Shown piece by piece: positions 1-9,654 of a stretch of 64,000 nt of DNA. Numbering within the stretch: position 1 is the stretch's first letter; every line of letters starts with the position of its first letter. The stretch lies in assembly GCA_963929435.1 (NCBI GenBank), contig CAWVIV010000014.1, positions 40,349 to 104,348 of the forward strand, given 5' to 3'. The translations under genes and the position numbers were made by a program. The notes beneath the pieces are model-generated. The model was not told the origin of the DNA and did not search any database. It saw nothing but the letters and a program-made list of their open reading frames with translations. This DNA is from an uncultured Bacilli bacterium (GTDB lineage: Bacteria > Bacillota_I > Bacilli_A > RF39 > UBA660).

Positions 1-1944
1 AGTCTTTTATTTAATTCAGATGGGACTCTTGAAAATCGTGAGAAGGGTAGTTTTGATATATATGTATTTATGTATAAAGATGATTTTGAACTTGCTATGA
101 AGGATTATTTTCATCTTACTGGTAATCCTGAACTTATACCTCGTTATGCTTTAGGTAATTGGTGGAGTCGTAATACTACTTATAATGAAGAATCAGTTAA
201 AGAGTTAGTAGGAAACTTTGAAAGACGTAATGTTCCTTTAGCAGTACTTCTTTTAGATAAAGATTGGCATTATAGGAATATTGGTAATGCTAAAGATTTA
301 CATACTGGTTTTACTTTTAATAAAGAGTTATTTCCAAATCCTAATGAAATTTCTAAGTTTTTACATGGCCATAATATAAGGTTAGGCCTTGAAATTGATC
401 CTACCGAGGGAATTTATCCTCATGAAACATATTATGCTCAAGCCTGTTCTTATTTAGGTATTAATGGTAATAAGATAATTGTTTTTGATCCATTGAATCC
501 TAAGTTACTTGATGTTTACTTTAAACTTTTTTTACATCCTTTAGAATCTTTAGGTGTTGACTTTTTTTGGCATGATTATAAGGGAGATAATAATCCTTTA
601 AAATTACTTGCCTATAATCATTTTAATTATAAAGATATAGGTAGGAATCCTGCTAAAAGAAATATTATGTTAAGCCGTAATGGTATTTATGCTCCTCATC
701 GGTATCCTATTCTTTATGCTGGAGAGACTGAGGTATCTTGGGAAGGCTTAAAAGAGATATCTTCTAGTATGATGGCTGCTGCTAACATAGGAGTATCATT
801 TTGGTCTCATGACGTGGGTGGTAATCATGGCGGTATAGAAGAGAGTGAACTTTATATTAGATATGTAGAGCTTGGTACTTTTAGTCCTATTCTTAGATTT
901 CATGCAGCGAGGGGTAATTATTATAAAAGAGAACCTTGGAGATGGGATATTAAGACTGAGACTATCGCTAATGATTACTTGCGTTTAAGACATAGATTGA
1001 TTCCTTATTTGTATACAGAAAGTTATAGATATTATAAAGAAGCGAAGATGTTGATAGAGCCATTTTATTATAAATATAAATGGGTAATAGATGATAATAA
1101 TTATAAATATCAATACCTTTTAGGGAGTGAATTTCTTGTATGCCCTATCTTAACTAGAAAAGATACAGTAATGAATAGGACAATACATCGCTTTTATATA
1201 CCAGATGGAGTTTGGTATGATTTTAAGACTGGTAAGAAGTTTCCTGGTAATAAAAAGTATGTATCATTCTATAAAGAAGAGGATTATCCTGTTTTTGCGA
1301 AAGCTGGTTCTGTTATACCTTTGTCTAATAGAAGTGATGTTAATAACGTAGGTCTTCCTTTAGACATGGAAATTCATATATTTCCTGGAGTATCTAATAC
1401 ATATACCCTTTATGAAGATGATGGGCTTACATCTTTATATAAAGAGGGTTATTACTTAAAGACAGATATTGATTATAACTATATGCAGAATAACTATACA
1501 GTAATTATAAGGTCAGTTGAAGGTAAAAGTGGTATTGCTCCTATGAGACGTAATTATAAGTTTAGATTTAGAAATACTAAGAAAGCTGAGTCTGTAACTG
1601 CTCATTATAATGACAAAGAAATTAAAATAGAGTCAATGTATGTAGAAGAAAATGACTTTGTTGTGGAAGTTAATAATGTTAATACTATTGGACAGTTAAC
1701 TATTAATTGTAAAGGTAAAGATATTGAGATTGATGCAGTTAGACTTATTAATGAAGATATTGATAGTATCTTAATGGATTTACAGATTAGTACTTATTTA
1801 AAAGAAAAACTTGCTGCTATTATCTTTTCTGATTTACCTATTAAGAAAAAAAGAATTGCTATTCGTAAACTTAGAAAAGAGGGACTATCTAAAGAACATA
1901 TGAAGTTATTCTTAAAACTTATGGAATATATAGAGAGTGTGTAA
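1..1944 (+). CDS. Glycoside hydrolase family 31 (alpha-glucosidase/alpha-xylosidase-like), 5' end outside window
   Basis: Reading frame is open from nt 1 (no stop before the ATG at 70). GH31 motifs in translation: LLLDKDWH, GVDFFWHDYKGD, FWSHDVGG. Confidence 0.85.
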   Translation, partial: SLLFNSDGTLENREKGSFDIYVFMYKDDFELAMKDYFHLTGNPELIPRYALGNWWSRNTTYNEESVKELVGNFERRNVPLAVLLLDKDWHYRNIGNAKDLHTGFTFNKELFPNPNEISKFLHGHNIRLGLEIDPTEGIYPHETYYAQACSYLGINGNKIIVFDPLNPKLLDVYFKLFLHPLESLGVDFFWHDYKGDNNPLKLLAYNHFNYKDIGRNPAKRNIMLSRNGIYAPHRYPILYAGETEVSWEGLKEISSSMMAAANIGVSFWSHDVGGNHGGIEESELYIRYVELGTFSPILRFHAARGNYYKREPWRWDIKTETIANDYLRLRHRLIPYLYTESYRYYKEAKMLIEPFYYKYKWVIDDNNYKYQYLLGSEFLVCPILTRKDTVMNRTIHRFYIPDGVWYDFKTGKKFPGNKKYVSFYKEEDYPVFAKAGSVIPLSNRSDVNNVGLPLDMEIHIFPGVSNTYTLYEDDGLTSLYKEGYYLKTDIDYNYMQNNYTVIIRSVEGKSGIAPMRRNYKFRFRNTKKAESVTAHYNDKEIKIESMYVEENDFVVEVNNVNTIGQLTINCKGKDIEIDAVRLINEDIDSILMDLQISTYLKEKLAAIIFSDLPIKKKRIAIRKLRKEGLSKEHMKLFLKLMEYIESV

Positions 1945-1968
1945 AGAGAACTAGTATTCTCTTTTTTT
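1945..1968 (+). terminator. Rho-independent terminator after GH31 gene
   Basis: AGAGAA-ctagta-TTCTCT hairpin followed by a T6 run. Confidence 0.6.
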
Positions 1969-2008
1969 CTGTGTTAAAATAAAATTAGACAAGACGGAGG
2001 TGGTTTAG

Positions 2009-2767
2009 TTGAAGGCTATGGTAACAGGGGCAAGTAGTGGTATTGGACGTGATATCGCTCTTAATCTTGCTAAATTAGATTATGATTTAATACTTGTTGG
2101 TAGAGATAAAGAAGCTTTAGAGAGTGTTAAATCTACTATAAATGGGAAAGTTAAAGTTAAGATAGTTGTTGTTGATTTATCTAATTTACAGAAAGTTAAA
2201 GAGCTTTATGTCTTAACTAAGAACGATGATATTGATATACTTGTTAATAATGCAGGTTTTGGAGTATTTGGAGAGTTTTCTGATATTGACCTTAATAGTG
2301 AACTTAATATGTTAGATGTTAATATTAGAGCGGTTGATATGTTATGTAAGTTTTATTTAAAAGATATGATAAAAAAAGATAGGGGCATTATTCTTAATGT
2401 TTCTTCAAGCGCTGCTTTTATGTCAGGACCTTTAATGAGTAGTTATTATGCATCTAAAAGTTATGTGTATCGCCTTAGTTTAGCGATTAGAGAAGAGTTA
2501 AGAAGACGTAAGAGTAAAGTGCAGATATCAGTTTTATGTCCAGGGCCTGTTAAGACTAAATTTAATGATAGGGCAGGAGTAGAGTTCGGTGTTAAAGCTT
2601 TAAGTAGTAGTTATGTAGCAAGGTATGCAGTAGAGAAGATGTTTAGTGGTAAGACTATAATTATTCCTGGGTTTAAGATGAAATTTGTTAAATTTATAGT
2701 GAGATTTTTACCTGATAAGTTTGTTACACGTATTAATTATAATATTCAAAAGAAGAAGGGAAAGTAA
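2009..2767 (+). CDS. Short-chain dehydrogenase/reductase (SDR) family oxidoreductase
   Basis: TTG start after GGAGGTGG RBS. TGASSGIG Rossmann motif, NNAG, and YxxxK (YYASK). Confidence 0.85.
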   Translation: MKAMVTGASSGIGRDIALNLAKLDYDLILVGRDKEALESVKSTINGKVKVKIVVVDLSNLQKVKELYVLTKNDDIDILVNNAGFGVFGEFSDIDLNSELNMLDVNIRAVDMLCKFYLKDMIKKDRGIILNVSSSAAFMSGPLMSSYYASKSYVYRLSLAIREELRRRKSKVQISVLCPGPVKTKFNDRAGVEFGVKALSSSYVARYAVEKMFSGKTIIIPGFKMKFVKFIVRFLPDKFVTRINYNIQKKKGK

Positions 2768-2768
2768 G

Positions 2769-3539
2769 ATGAGCAGTTTGGTTTCGGTTGATAATCTTAT
2801 GTTAGGGCCTTTTACGAAGTTTAGTATAGAGATACCTTTAAATTCTTTAGTCTTTGTTACAGGTTCTAATAATAGTGGAAAGAGTTTGTTACTTAAAGTA
2901 CTAGCAGGACTTGTTAATGTTAAAAATAAAATTACTTATGATAAAGAGATAATTAAAAGTGATAATGATATTTCTTATATGGCTAGTTTAACCTTTAACT
3001 ATGATACAGTCTTAAAAAATATTAGATATAGTGTAGAGAGATTAGGATATGATGATGATAAAATTAATGTGTTAGTTAGAGATATTGCTAAAGACTTGCA
3101 TATTACTAATTTACTTAATAAAAATATTAAAGATTTAAATGAATATGAAAAGCTTAGAGTCTGTTTGGCATCTAAAATCGTTAGTAATCCTAAACTATTA
3201 TTATTAGATGACCCTTGTCTTTTTTTGTCTCCTATAGAAAAAGAAGAGTTTATGGGGTTTTTAGAACAGTTAAGGACAAGAGGAATTACTATTATAATAT
3301 CTACTTCTACTTTAGAAGAAGTAATATACACAATTAATAGTATTATATATGTACTTGATAAAGGAGAAATAGTTAGTAGTGGCGAGATGTTAGAGGTTTT
3401 ATCTAATGATAGCCTATTAAATAAAATAGGTTTGGAATTACCTTTTATGGTAGATTTATCTGTGAAATTAGAGTATTATAATCTTACCGACAAAATTAAT
3501 ATGAGTCCTTTGGGGATGGTGGAGAGTTTATGGAAATAA
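2769..3539 (+). CDS. EcfA-like ABC ATPase with degenerate catalytic motifs
   Basis: Start moved to ATG 2769 (M17 of the listed ORF), 1 nt after the SDR stop. Walker A GSNNSGKS is present. Signature is LNEYE instead of LSGGQ, Walker B is LLLLDDP (Glu to Asp), and the H-loop His is replaced (ISTST). The EcfA-type C-terminus is present (LLNKIGLELPFMVDL). Confidence 0.7.
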   Translation: MSSLVSVDNLMLGPFTKFSIEIPLNSLVFVTGSNNSGKSLLLKVLAGLVNVKNKITYDKEIIKSDNDISYMASLTFNYDTVLKNIRYSVERLGYDDDKINVLVRDIAKDLHITNLLNKNIKDLNEYEKLRVCLASKIVSNPKLLLLDDPCLFLSPIEKEEFMGFLEQLRTRGITIIISTSTLEEVIYTINSIIYVLDKGEIVSSGEMLEVLSNDSLLNKIGLELPFMVDLSVKLEYYNLTDKINMSPLGMVESLWK

Positions 3540-4316
3540 AGTTTTCTCATGTTAATAGTAAATATTTTTCTGATATATCTTTTGTTATACCTAAAGGAGA
3601 AGTTACTGGTATATATGGAAAGAATGGGGATAAACTACTTAGATTAATATCATTAGATGATGATAGTAGAGGGATTATTTACTTTAATAAGATTAGAAAG
3701 TTAAGACGTAATTATTATTTGTTTAGAAATGATATGGAACTTGTGGAGAAAAGATTTGTTAATCTTTTTGATATAGATAATATTTATGAGTATTTTAGAG
3801 AATATATTAGATATAAAAAAAGTAGAAGTAGATGACATTGATAAAAAGATAAAAGACTCCTTAAGAATAGTTGGTCTTAAATTAGATATCTTAGATAGAC
3901 GTATATCTACTTTGACTGGAAGTGAAGTAAAACTACTTCAGTTTGCTCTTGCCTTTATAACAAATCCTAAAGTAATACTGTTAGATGAGCCTTTTAGAGG
4001 ACTTGATTTGAATGTTAGGAAAAAGCTTATTAGAATTATTACAAGATTAAAAGATAAGTTTTCTAAGACTATTGTTATATATAGTAATAATCCTAATTAC
4101 TTATATCAATATACTGATTATTTAATTGTACTTAGTAATAATACAGTTTTAGGAGAAGGGAATACTAGTGATATTTTCTTTGATAGTAAATATAATATTA
4201 AAAGACCTGATATAGTAGATTTTATACTATTAGTTAAAGATAAGAAGAATGTTAAATTACCTAGAAGGAAAAGTGTTATGGACCTTATTAAAGATATATA
4301 TTGGAATGTGAAGTGA
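3530..4316 (+). pseudogene. Second EcfA-like ABC ATPase, split by a +1 frameshift (ORFs 3530-3835 and 3786-4316)
   Basis: The N-terminal ABC half (IKFSHVN..GEVTGIYGKNGDK, degenerate Walker A) and the C-terminal half (LTGSEVKLL signature-like, ILLDEP Walker B) lie in different frames and overlap by 50 nt near 3786-3835. Confidence 0.6.
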
Positions 4317-4320
4317 GATT

Positions 4321-5064
4321 ATGAGATTTTTAATTAGATTTAGTTATGATGGTAGTAATTTTAAAGGATATCAAAAACAAGAGGGGTATAGGACTATACA
4401 GGGAGAGTTAGAAGAGGCTCTTTATAAGATTAATAATAATACTAAAGTAAAGGTAGTGGCAGCGGGAAGAACTGATAAAGGGGTACATGCAGTTGACCAA
4501 GTCGCTCATTTAGATTTAGATGTTAATATTACTCCTTATAAATTAAAAAGGGCGATGAATAGTTATTTACCAGATGAGATACATATAAATTCGGCGATGG
4601 AAGTTCCTGATGATTACTTTGTTAGGTATCATGTCTTAAGAAAAGAATATCATTATTATATAAATATGAAGGAATATAATCCTGTGATGAGAAATTATGT
4701 CTATCAGCATGGGCATTTACTTAATGTTAGTAGAATGAGAAAGTCAATACATTTTTTTGAAGGTGAACATGACTTTAGAGCCTTTGTTACTGAGAATAAC
4801 GTTAAGGAAAATTGTGTTAGAACTATCTATGAAGCATCTATTACTAGAAAAAAAGATGTTTTAGATATTAAGTTTGTAGGTAGTGGCTTTTTAAGATATC
4901 AAGTTAGAAATATGGTAGGAGCCTTAATTAAGGTTGGTACTGGTAAGATAGAGCCTTATGAAGTTAAGAGAATACTTGAAAGTAAAGTAAGAGGCAAAAA
5001 TGGGGCGACGGCGAAAGCTTGTGGACTTTATCTTGTTAAAACTACTTTGGAGAGTGATATATGA
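4321..5064 (+). CDS. truA: tRNA pseudouridine(38-40) synthase TruA
   Basis: Size of 247 aa. GRTDKGVHA catalytic-Asp motif and FLRYQVRNMVG. Sits after the ecfA genes, as in Bacillus-type clusters. Confidence 0.9.
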   Translation: MRFLIRFSYDGSNFKGYQKQEGYRTIQGELEEALYKINNNTKVKVVAAGRTDKGVHAVDQVAHLDLDVNITPYKLKRAMNSYLPDEIHINSAMEVPDDYFVRYHVLRKEYHYYINMKEYNPVMRNYVYQHGHLLNVSRMRKSIHFFEGEHDFRAFVTENNVKENCVRTIYEASITRKKDVLDIKFVGSGFLRYQVRNMVGALIKVGTGKIEPYEVKRILESKVRGKNGATAKACGLYLVKTTLESDI

Positions 5065-5801
5065 TAGGTGTTTTAGATTCAGGAATTGGTGGGGTTACTG
5101 TTTTAAGAGAGATTTTAAAACGAAGGATTAATGCTAAATTTATATACTACTCTGATTCTAAAAATAATCCCTATGGAGATAAGAGTGAAGATGAAGTTTA
5201 TAGTATTGTTAAAGGAATAGTAGATTTTCTTTTAGACAAGGGTTGTATTGCCATAGTTATCGCTTGTAATACGGCTAGTGCAATATGTGTTAAAGGATTA
5301 AGAGAAGAATACCCTGATACCTTATTCATTGCTATAGAACCTGCTTATAAGATGGTACATGACTATAATCCTGAAGGTAAGACTTTAGTTATGGCTACAG
5401 AAGGGACGATAAAGAGTGAGAAGTTTCTTACTTTATTTAATAAATATGATAATCATAAGACAATACTCCTTCCTTGTAAGGGACTTGCAGAACTAATAGA
5501 AGAAGGTAATGAAGATGAAATAAATCAATATTTGGAAAGTAATCTTAGTAGGTATAAAGATATAGATAATGTTGTCTTAGGTTGTACTCATTATCCTTTA
5601 ATTAAAGATAATATTAGAAGAGTTTTAGGTGATGTTAAGTTCTTTGATGGTTCTTTGGGTGTTAGTAAAGAGTTAGTTAGACAGTTAAACCTTAGAGGAA
5701 TAACTTTTGATAATAAGAGTTATAGGGTAGAGTTTATTGATTCTAGTAGTGATGCTAGTAAAGAAAAAAGATTTAGAGAGTTATTAATTAGTAGTGAATA
5801 A
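5061..5801 (+). CDS. murI: Glutamate racemase
   Basis: DSGIGG, ACNTAS and GCTHYP motifs. ATGA overlap with truA. Confidence 0.9.
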   Translation: MIGVLDSGIGGVTVLREILKRRINAKFIYYSDSKNNPYGDKSEDEVYSIVKGIVDFLLDKGCIAIVIACNTASAICVKGLREEYPDTLFIAIEPAYKMVHDYNPEGKTLVMATEGTIKSEKFLTLFNKYDNHKTILLPCKGLAELIEEGNEDEINQYLESNLSRYKDIDNVVLGCTHYPLIKDNIRRVLGDVKFFDGSLGVSKELVRQLNLRGITFDNKSYRVEFIDSSSDASKEKRFRELLISSE

Positions 5802-5831
5802 TTATTTTTAAATTATGAGGAGGAGTTTGAT

Positions 5832-6038
5832 ATGACTAGTTTAAATAATGTACATTTAGATAAGGAACAAGTGATTAATACTTGTGATGATTTACTATTT
5901 GAAGTTGAAAATCCTAAGCCTAATAAAGAATTGTTAGAAGCTTTAGAAGAAGGAGAGGAGATATTGTCTGGTAAGATAGATGCTAGAAAATATGATAGTG
6001 TTAAAGAATTAATTGATGATTTGGAGAAAGATGTTTGA
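5832..6038 (+). CDS. Small acidic hypothetical protein (68 aa)
   Basis: GAGGAGG RBS 7 nt upstream of the ATG. The tail LEALEEGEEIL..YDSVKELIDDL faintly resembles RelB/DinJ-type antitoxin tails, but there is no partner gene. Confidence 0.45.
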   Translation: MTSLNNVHLDKEQVINTCDDLLFEVENPKPNKELLEALEEGEEILSGKIDARKYDSVKELIDDLEKDV

Positions 6039-6079
6039 CTTAGTAGTTATTTTTTGGTATAGTTTATTTAGATTTTTCT

Positions 6080-6290
6080 TAGAAGTCTAAAAGTAGAAAT
6101 ATAATTATTTTAAAGAGACTTAGTGGAAGGTGGGAACTAAGATAGTTATATTTTGAAGTTACATAGATGGAGAAAAAACGTGACTTAAGCGTTAATTAGG
6201 TATGAGTGCATAGTTTCTAAGGATTAAGGATGGATACAGTGGTTTACCACGGGTTTGGCTCGTCCTTAGTTTATGGGAACTTTTTATTTT
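6080..6290 (+). promoter_or_regulatory. T-box leader (tyrosine specifier UAC) controlling two small ORFs plus tyrS
   Basis: Stem I candidates: AAATATAA (6096-6103) pairs with TTATATTT (6144-6151), and distal hairpin CTTAGT-ggaaggtggga-ACTAAG. Specifier-loop signature is AGUA on the 5' side and GAA-gt-UAC-A on the 3' side (6155-6164). F-box-like GCGTTA at 6189-6194. T-box-like AGTGGTTTACCACGGG (6238-6253) contains UGGU. CTAAGG/CCTTAG helix and a T-run (6281-6289) precede the RBS. Confidence 0.55.
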
Positions 6291-6304
6291 GTAGGAGTGG
6301 TAGT

Positions 6305-6682
6305 ATGAGTTTAAGCGAATTATATAGTGAAGAAGTTAATCAGTATAGAAAAACTGGCAAATTACAGGTTGAACCTAGTCAAGTTTTAGCAATGTTACTG
6401 TTAGAAAAGAAAAAGTATTTTTTTCCTACTGATGTAAATATTGAAACTTTTTGTCGTGATTATGAGGATGAAATAAAAGATGATGTTGTTAAAGTAGAAG
6501 AGGATTTTGATTTAGACTCTCCAAAAGATGCTGATGAATTTTGGCAGATTTATGGCGTGGCAATAGAAGTATTATTTGATGGAATTACTCAGATGTCTCT
6601 TATGAATGGGGAAGATGTTTATCAATATTGTTATGGTGAAGAGATAGGAAATAAAGTAAAGAAATTAGGAGGGATAAAATGA
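6305..6682 (+). CDS. Acidic hypothetical protein, paralog A (about 125 aa)
   Basis: Start moved to ATG 6305 (AGGAG RBS at about 6293), because the listed upstream part overlaps the T-box. Ends in KKLGGIK, with the next gene's SD embedded. Confidence 0.6.
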   Translation: MSLSELYSEEVNQYRKTGKLQVEPSQVLAMLLLEKKKYFFPTDVNIETFCRDYEDEIKDDVVKVEEDFDLDSPKDADEFWQIYGVAIEVLFDGITQMSLMNGEDVYQYCYGEEIGNKVKKLGGIK

Positions 6683-7113
6683 CATTAATAGAGTTTTATA
6701 ATGAAGAATTAGAAAATTATCATGATACAGGAGAAAGAAATCATCCTAGTAATTTACTTGCTCTTCTTCTTTTAGATAAAAAAGATGAGTTTGAATCTTT
6801 AAAAGTAGAAGAAGGAGAATTTTATGATGCCTATAAGGAAGAAATTGATAGAGAAATTGATAAGGTTACTAAAGACTTTAATTTATCTAAAGAAGACTTT
6901 ATTAATTATATTGAAGGAAACTTAGGTTTTTATGATGAAAAAGATTATGAAGAAGATAAGTTATGGCAAGTATTTGGTGAAGGATTTGGTGTTTTACATT
7001 GGGGATTAATGTATAGACCTGATTGTAGTGGGGAAGAAATTTATTTTGATTATTTTGGTGATACTAGAATTAAAGATAATAATCATGTTAAGAAAATAGG
7101 AGGGATAAAATGA
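6679..7113 (+). CDS. Acidic hypothetical protein, paralog B (144 aa)
   Basis: ATGA overlaps on both sides. Paralogous to 6305-6682 (LALLLLDKK / LAMLLLEKK, WQVFG / WQIYG, identical ..GGIK* end). Confidence 0.6.
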   Translation: MTLIEFYNEELENYHDTGERNHPSNLLALLLLDKKDEFESLKVEEGEFYDAYKEEIDREIDKVTKDFNLSKEDFINYIEGNLGFYDEKDYEEDKLWQVFGEGFGVLHWGLMYRPDCSGEEIYFDYFGDTRIKDNNHVKKIGGIK

Positions 7114-8369
7114 CATTATATGAAGAATTAAAATGGAGAGGACTAATTAAAGATATATCTAGTCCTGAACTTGTTGATAAACTAAATAAAGGAGGTCTTA
7201 CTTTTTATATTGGAACTGACCCTACAGCAGATAGTTTGCATATTGGACACTTTTCATCGTTTTTAATTGCAAGACGTTTGAAGGAAGCAGGACATCATCC
7301 AATACTTTTAGTAGGGGGAGCGACTGGCCTTATTGGTGACCCTCGTCCTACTAGTGAAAGACCTATGATAAGTAAGAATGAGTTAAATCATAACTTTCTT
7401 TGCTTGAAAGAACAAGCAGAGAGGATATTTGCAAGAGGAGATAAGGACTTTAGAGTTGTTAATAACTTTGATTGGACTAAAGATATTAATGTAATAGATT
7501 TCTTAAGAGATTATGGTAAATACTTTAATATCAACTATATGCTTGATAAAGATATTGTAAGAAGAAGACTTGATTCAGGTATTACTTATGCAGAGTTTTC
7601 TTATATGATATTACAGGCTTTAGATTATTTACATCTTAATAGGGAGTTTGACTGTACCTTACAAGTGGCTGGACAAGATCAATGGGGTAATATTACGGCA
7701 GGTATAGATTTAATACGTAAAAAGACTGGTAAAGAAGTATATGCTTTTACAATGCCTCTTTTAACAAAAGCAGATGGTACTAAGTTTGGTAAGAGCGAAG
7801 GTGGAGCGATTTGGTTAGATAAAGAGAAAACTACTCCTTATGAGATGTATCAATTCTTAATAAATGCAGAGGATAGTAAAGTAATTGATTATTTAAAATT
7901 CTTAACATTCTTAAGTAAAGAAGAAATAGAGAAGATAGAAAAAGAACAACTTGAGGCTCCAGAAAAACGTATTGCTCATAAAGCTTTAGCAAGAGAAGTT
8001 ATTACTTTTATACATGGAGAAGATGCTTATAATGAAGCTTTAAATATCAGTGAGGCATTGTTTAGTGGAGATATTAAGAATCTTACTAGTAAAGAGATAG
8101 AAATGGCTTTTAAAGGACTTGATAAGCTTGTTATAGATAAAGATATGAATATAGTAGATTTTCTTGTAGAGTTTAATATTTGTAGTAGTAAAAGAGAAGC
8201 TCGTGAGTTTGTTAATAATAATAGTATTAGTATTAATGGCGAGAAAATTAATGATTTAGAGTTTACTATTAATAAGTCTATTGCTATAGATAATAAATAT
8301 GTAGTAGTAAGACGTGGTAAGAAGAAATACTTTATTGCATGTTTTGGAGGAAAAGATGAAAAAGAATAA
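7110..8369 (+). CDS. tyrS: Tyrosine--tRNA ligase
   Basis: HIGH motif (SLHIGHF), KMSKS variant KFGKS, and a C-terminal S4-like domain. 419 aa. Confidence 0.95.
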   Translation: MTLYEELKWRGLIKDISSPELVDKLNKGGLTFYIGTDPTADSLHIGHFSSFLIARRLKEAGHHPILLVGGATGLIGDPRPTSERPMISKNELNHNFLCLKEQAERIFARGDKDFRVVNNFDWTKDINVIDFLRDYGKYFNINYMLDKDIVRRRLDSGITYAEFSYMILQALDYLHLNREFDCTLQVAGQDQWGNITAGIDLIRKKTGKEVYAFTMPLLTKADGTKFGKSEGGAIWLDKEKTTPYEMYQFLINAEDSKVIDYLKFLTFLSKEEIEKIEKEQLEAPEKRIAHKALAREVITFIHGEDAYNEALNISEALFSGDIKNLTSKEIEMAFKGLDKLVIDKDMNIVDFLVEFNICSSKREAREFVNNNSISINGEKINDLEFTINKSIAIDNKYVVVRRGKKKYFIACFGGKDEKE

Positions 8370-9654
8370 AACTAAAAAGGATTTAAGGGTAGAACAGAAA
8401 AGATTAGTTAAATGGTTAAGAGTAATTATCGTTCTTTGTATTGCAATTATTGCTATAGAAGTCTGCTATATAGGTTTATCTTATTATAATAGAAGTAAAT
8501 CTATTATTTATACTGATACTTTAAATAGTTTTAAAGAAACTAAAGATGGTTATTTAGTGGTTGGTAATAGTGATTTTAAGAAGAGTAAGTTTAATGATTA
8601 TCAGAAAGAGTATAATAAAGCTAAGTTTGCTAAATATAATAAAGACTTTGATGTAGAGTTTGAAAGTGCTTATACTAAGGGATATTCATCATATTTTAGT
8701 GATGTTATAGAATATAGTGATGGTTTTATTGCAGTAGGTGGTGCTCAGTATGATAAACAGCAAGTTGAAGATAATGCTACTGATGGGTTAATTGTTTTAT
8801 ATGATAAAGAAGGTAAGCAAGTTAAGACTAAGAGTGTACAAATAGCAGGGGATACAACTTTTAATAAAGTATTACTTGTTGATGATGGCTTTATTGTAGT
8901 TGGTCAAAGTATCTTACAAAATATGGTTATAGGTAGTGATCCAGATGGTGGTGCTTTGATAATTAAATATGATTTTAATTTAAAGGAGCAGTGGAGAGCT
9001 AACTTTGGAGGTAGTAAATCTGCAACATTTAATGATGCTATTATTGATGGAGATTATCTATATTTAGTTGGTAAAGATGCTACTCGTTATGGTATGATTG
9101 CTAAATATACTTTAGATGGGGAACAAGTTTATGCTAAGACTTATGAATATACTGATACTGTTGGTTTTAGTTCTATTGTAAAAGTAGGAGATGACTTCTT
9201 TGTTGCAGGTTCTAAGACTATAAATATTGATGCTAAAGATGCTGATAAAGTTACAGAAGGATTAATTCTTAAATATAATAGTGATGGTGAAGTTTTAGAT
9301 GAAGTTACTTTCAGTAGAAATAATGCTGCTAGGTTTAATAAGATAGTTAGTGATGGAGATAATTTAATTGTTGTTGGTCATACTTATAAGAAAGATGAAG
9401 ATAAGTCTACAGATACTTATAATTACTTAGATTATCGTGGTATTATTGTTAAATATAATACTGATTTAGAAAAGAAAGCTAATAATAAAGAGAATGGTGA
9501 AGGTATTGATTATTTTAGTGATGTTATAGTTACTAGTGATGGCTATTTAGTAGGTGGAGCATCTTCATCACGTGAACTCGGTAGTAATAATAAAGATTAT
9601 CGTACTTATTTCTTAAAATATAATAAAGACTTAGAGGGACAGTGGTATAAGTAA
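8356..9654 (+). CDS. Membrane-anchored repeat protein (beta-propeller-like), function unknown
   Basis: Start moved to ATG 8356 after GGAGGA. N-terminal TM helix, then recurring blades of the form DGF(I/L)VVG / DGDYLYLVG / DDFFVAG / DGDNLIVVG / DGYLVGG. Confidence 0.6.
   Translation: MKKNKTKKDLRVEQKRLVKWLRVIIVLCIAIIAIEVCYIGLSYYNRSKSIIYTDTLNSFKETKDGYLVVGNSDFKKSKFNDYQKEYNKAKFAKYNKDFDVEFESAYTKGYSSYFSDVIEYSDGFIAVGGAQYDKQQVEDNATDGLIVLYDKEGKQVKTKSVQIAGDTTFNKVLLVDDGFIVVGQSILQNMVIGSDPDGGALIIKYDFNLKEQWRANFGGSKSATFNDAIIDGDYLYLVGKDATRYGMIAKYTLDGEQVYAKTYEYTDTVGFSSIVKVGDDFFVAGSKTINIDAKDADKVTEGLILKYNSDGEVLDEVTFSRNNAARFNKIVSDGDNLIVVGHTYKKDEDKSTDTYNYLDYRGIIVKYNTDLEKKANNKENGEGIDYFSDVIVTSDGYLVGGASSSRELGSNNKDYRTYFLKYNKDLEGQWYK

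Noticed and set aside
3786-3835. Programmed ribosomal frameshift joining the two halves of the second EcfA-like gene
   Set aside because: The shift required is +1 and I see no canonical slippery or stimulatory element. Given the degenerate catalytic motifs, decay or a sequencing error is more parsimonious.
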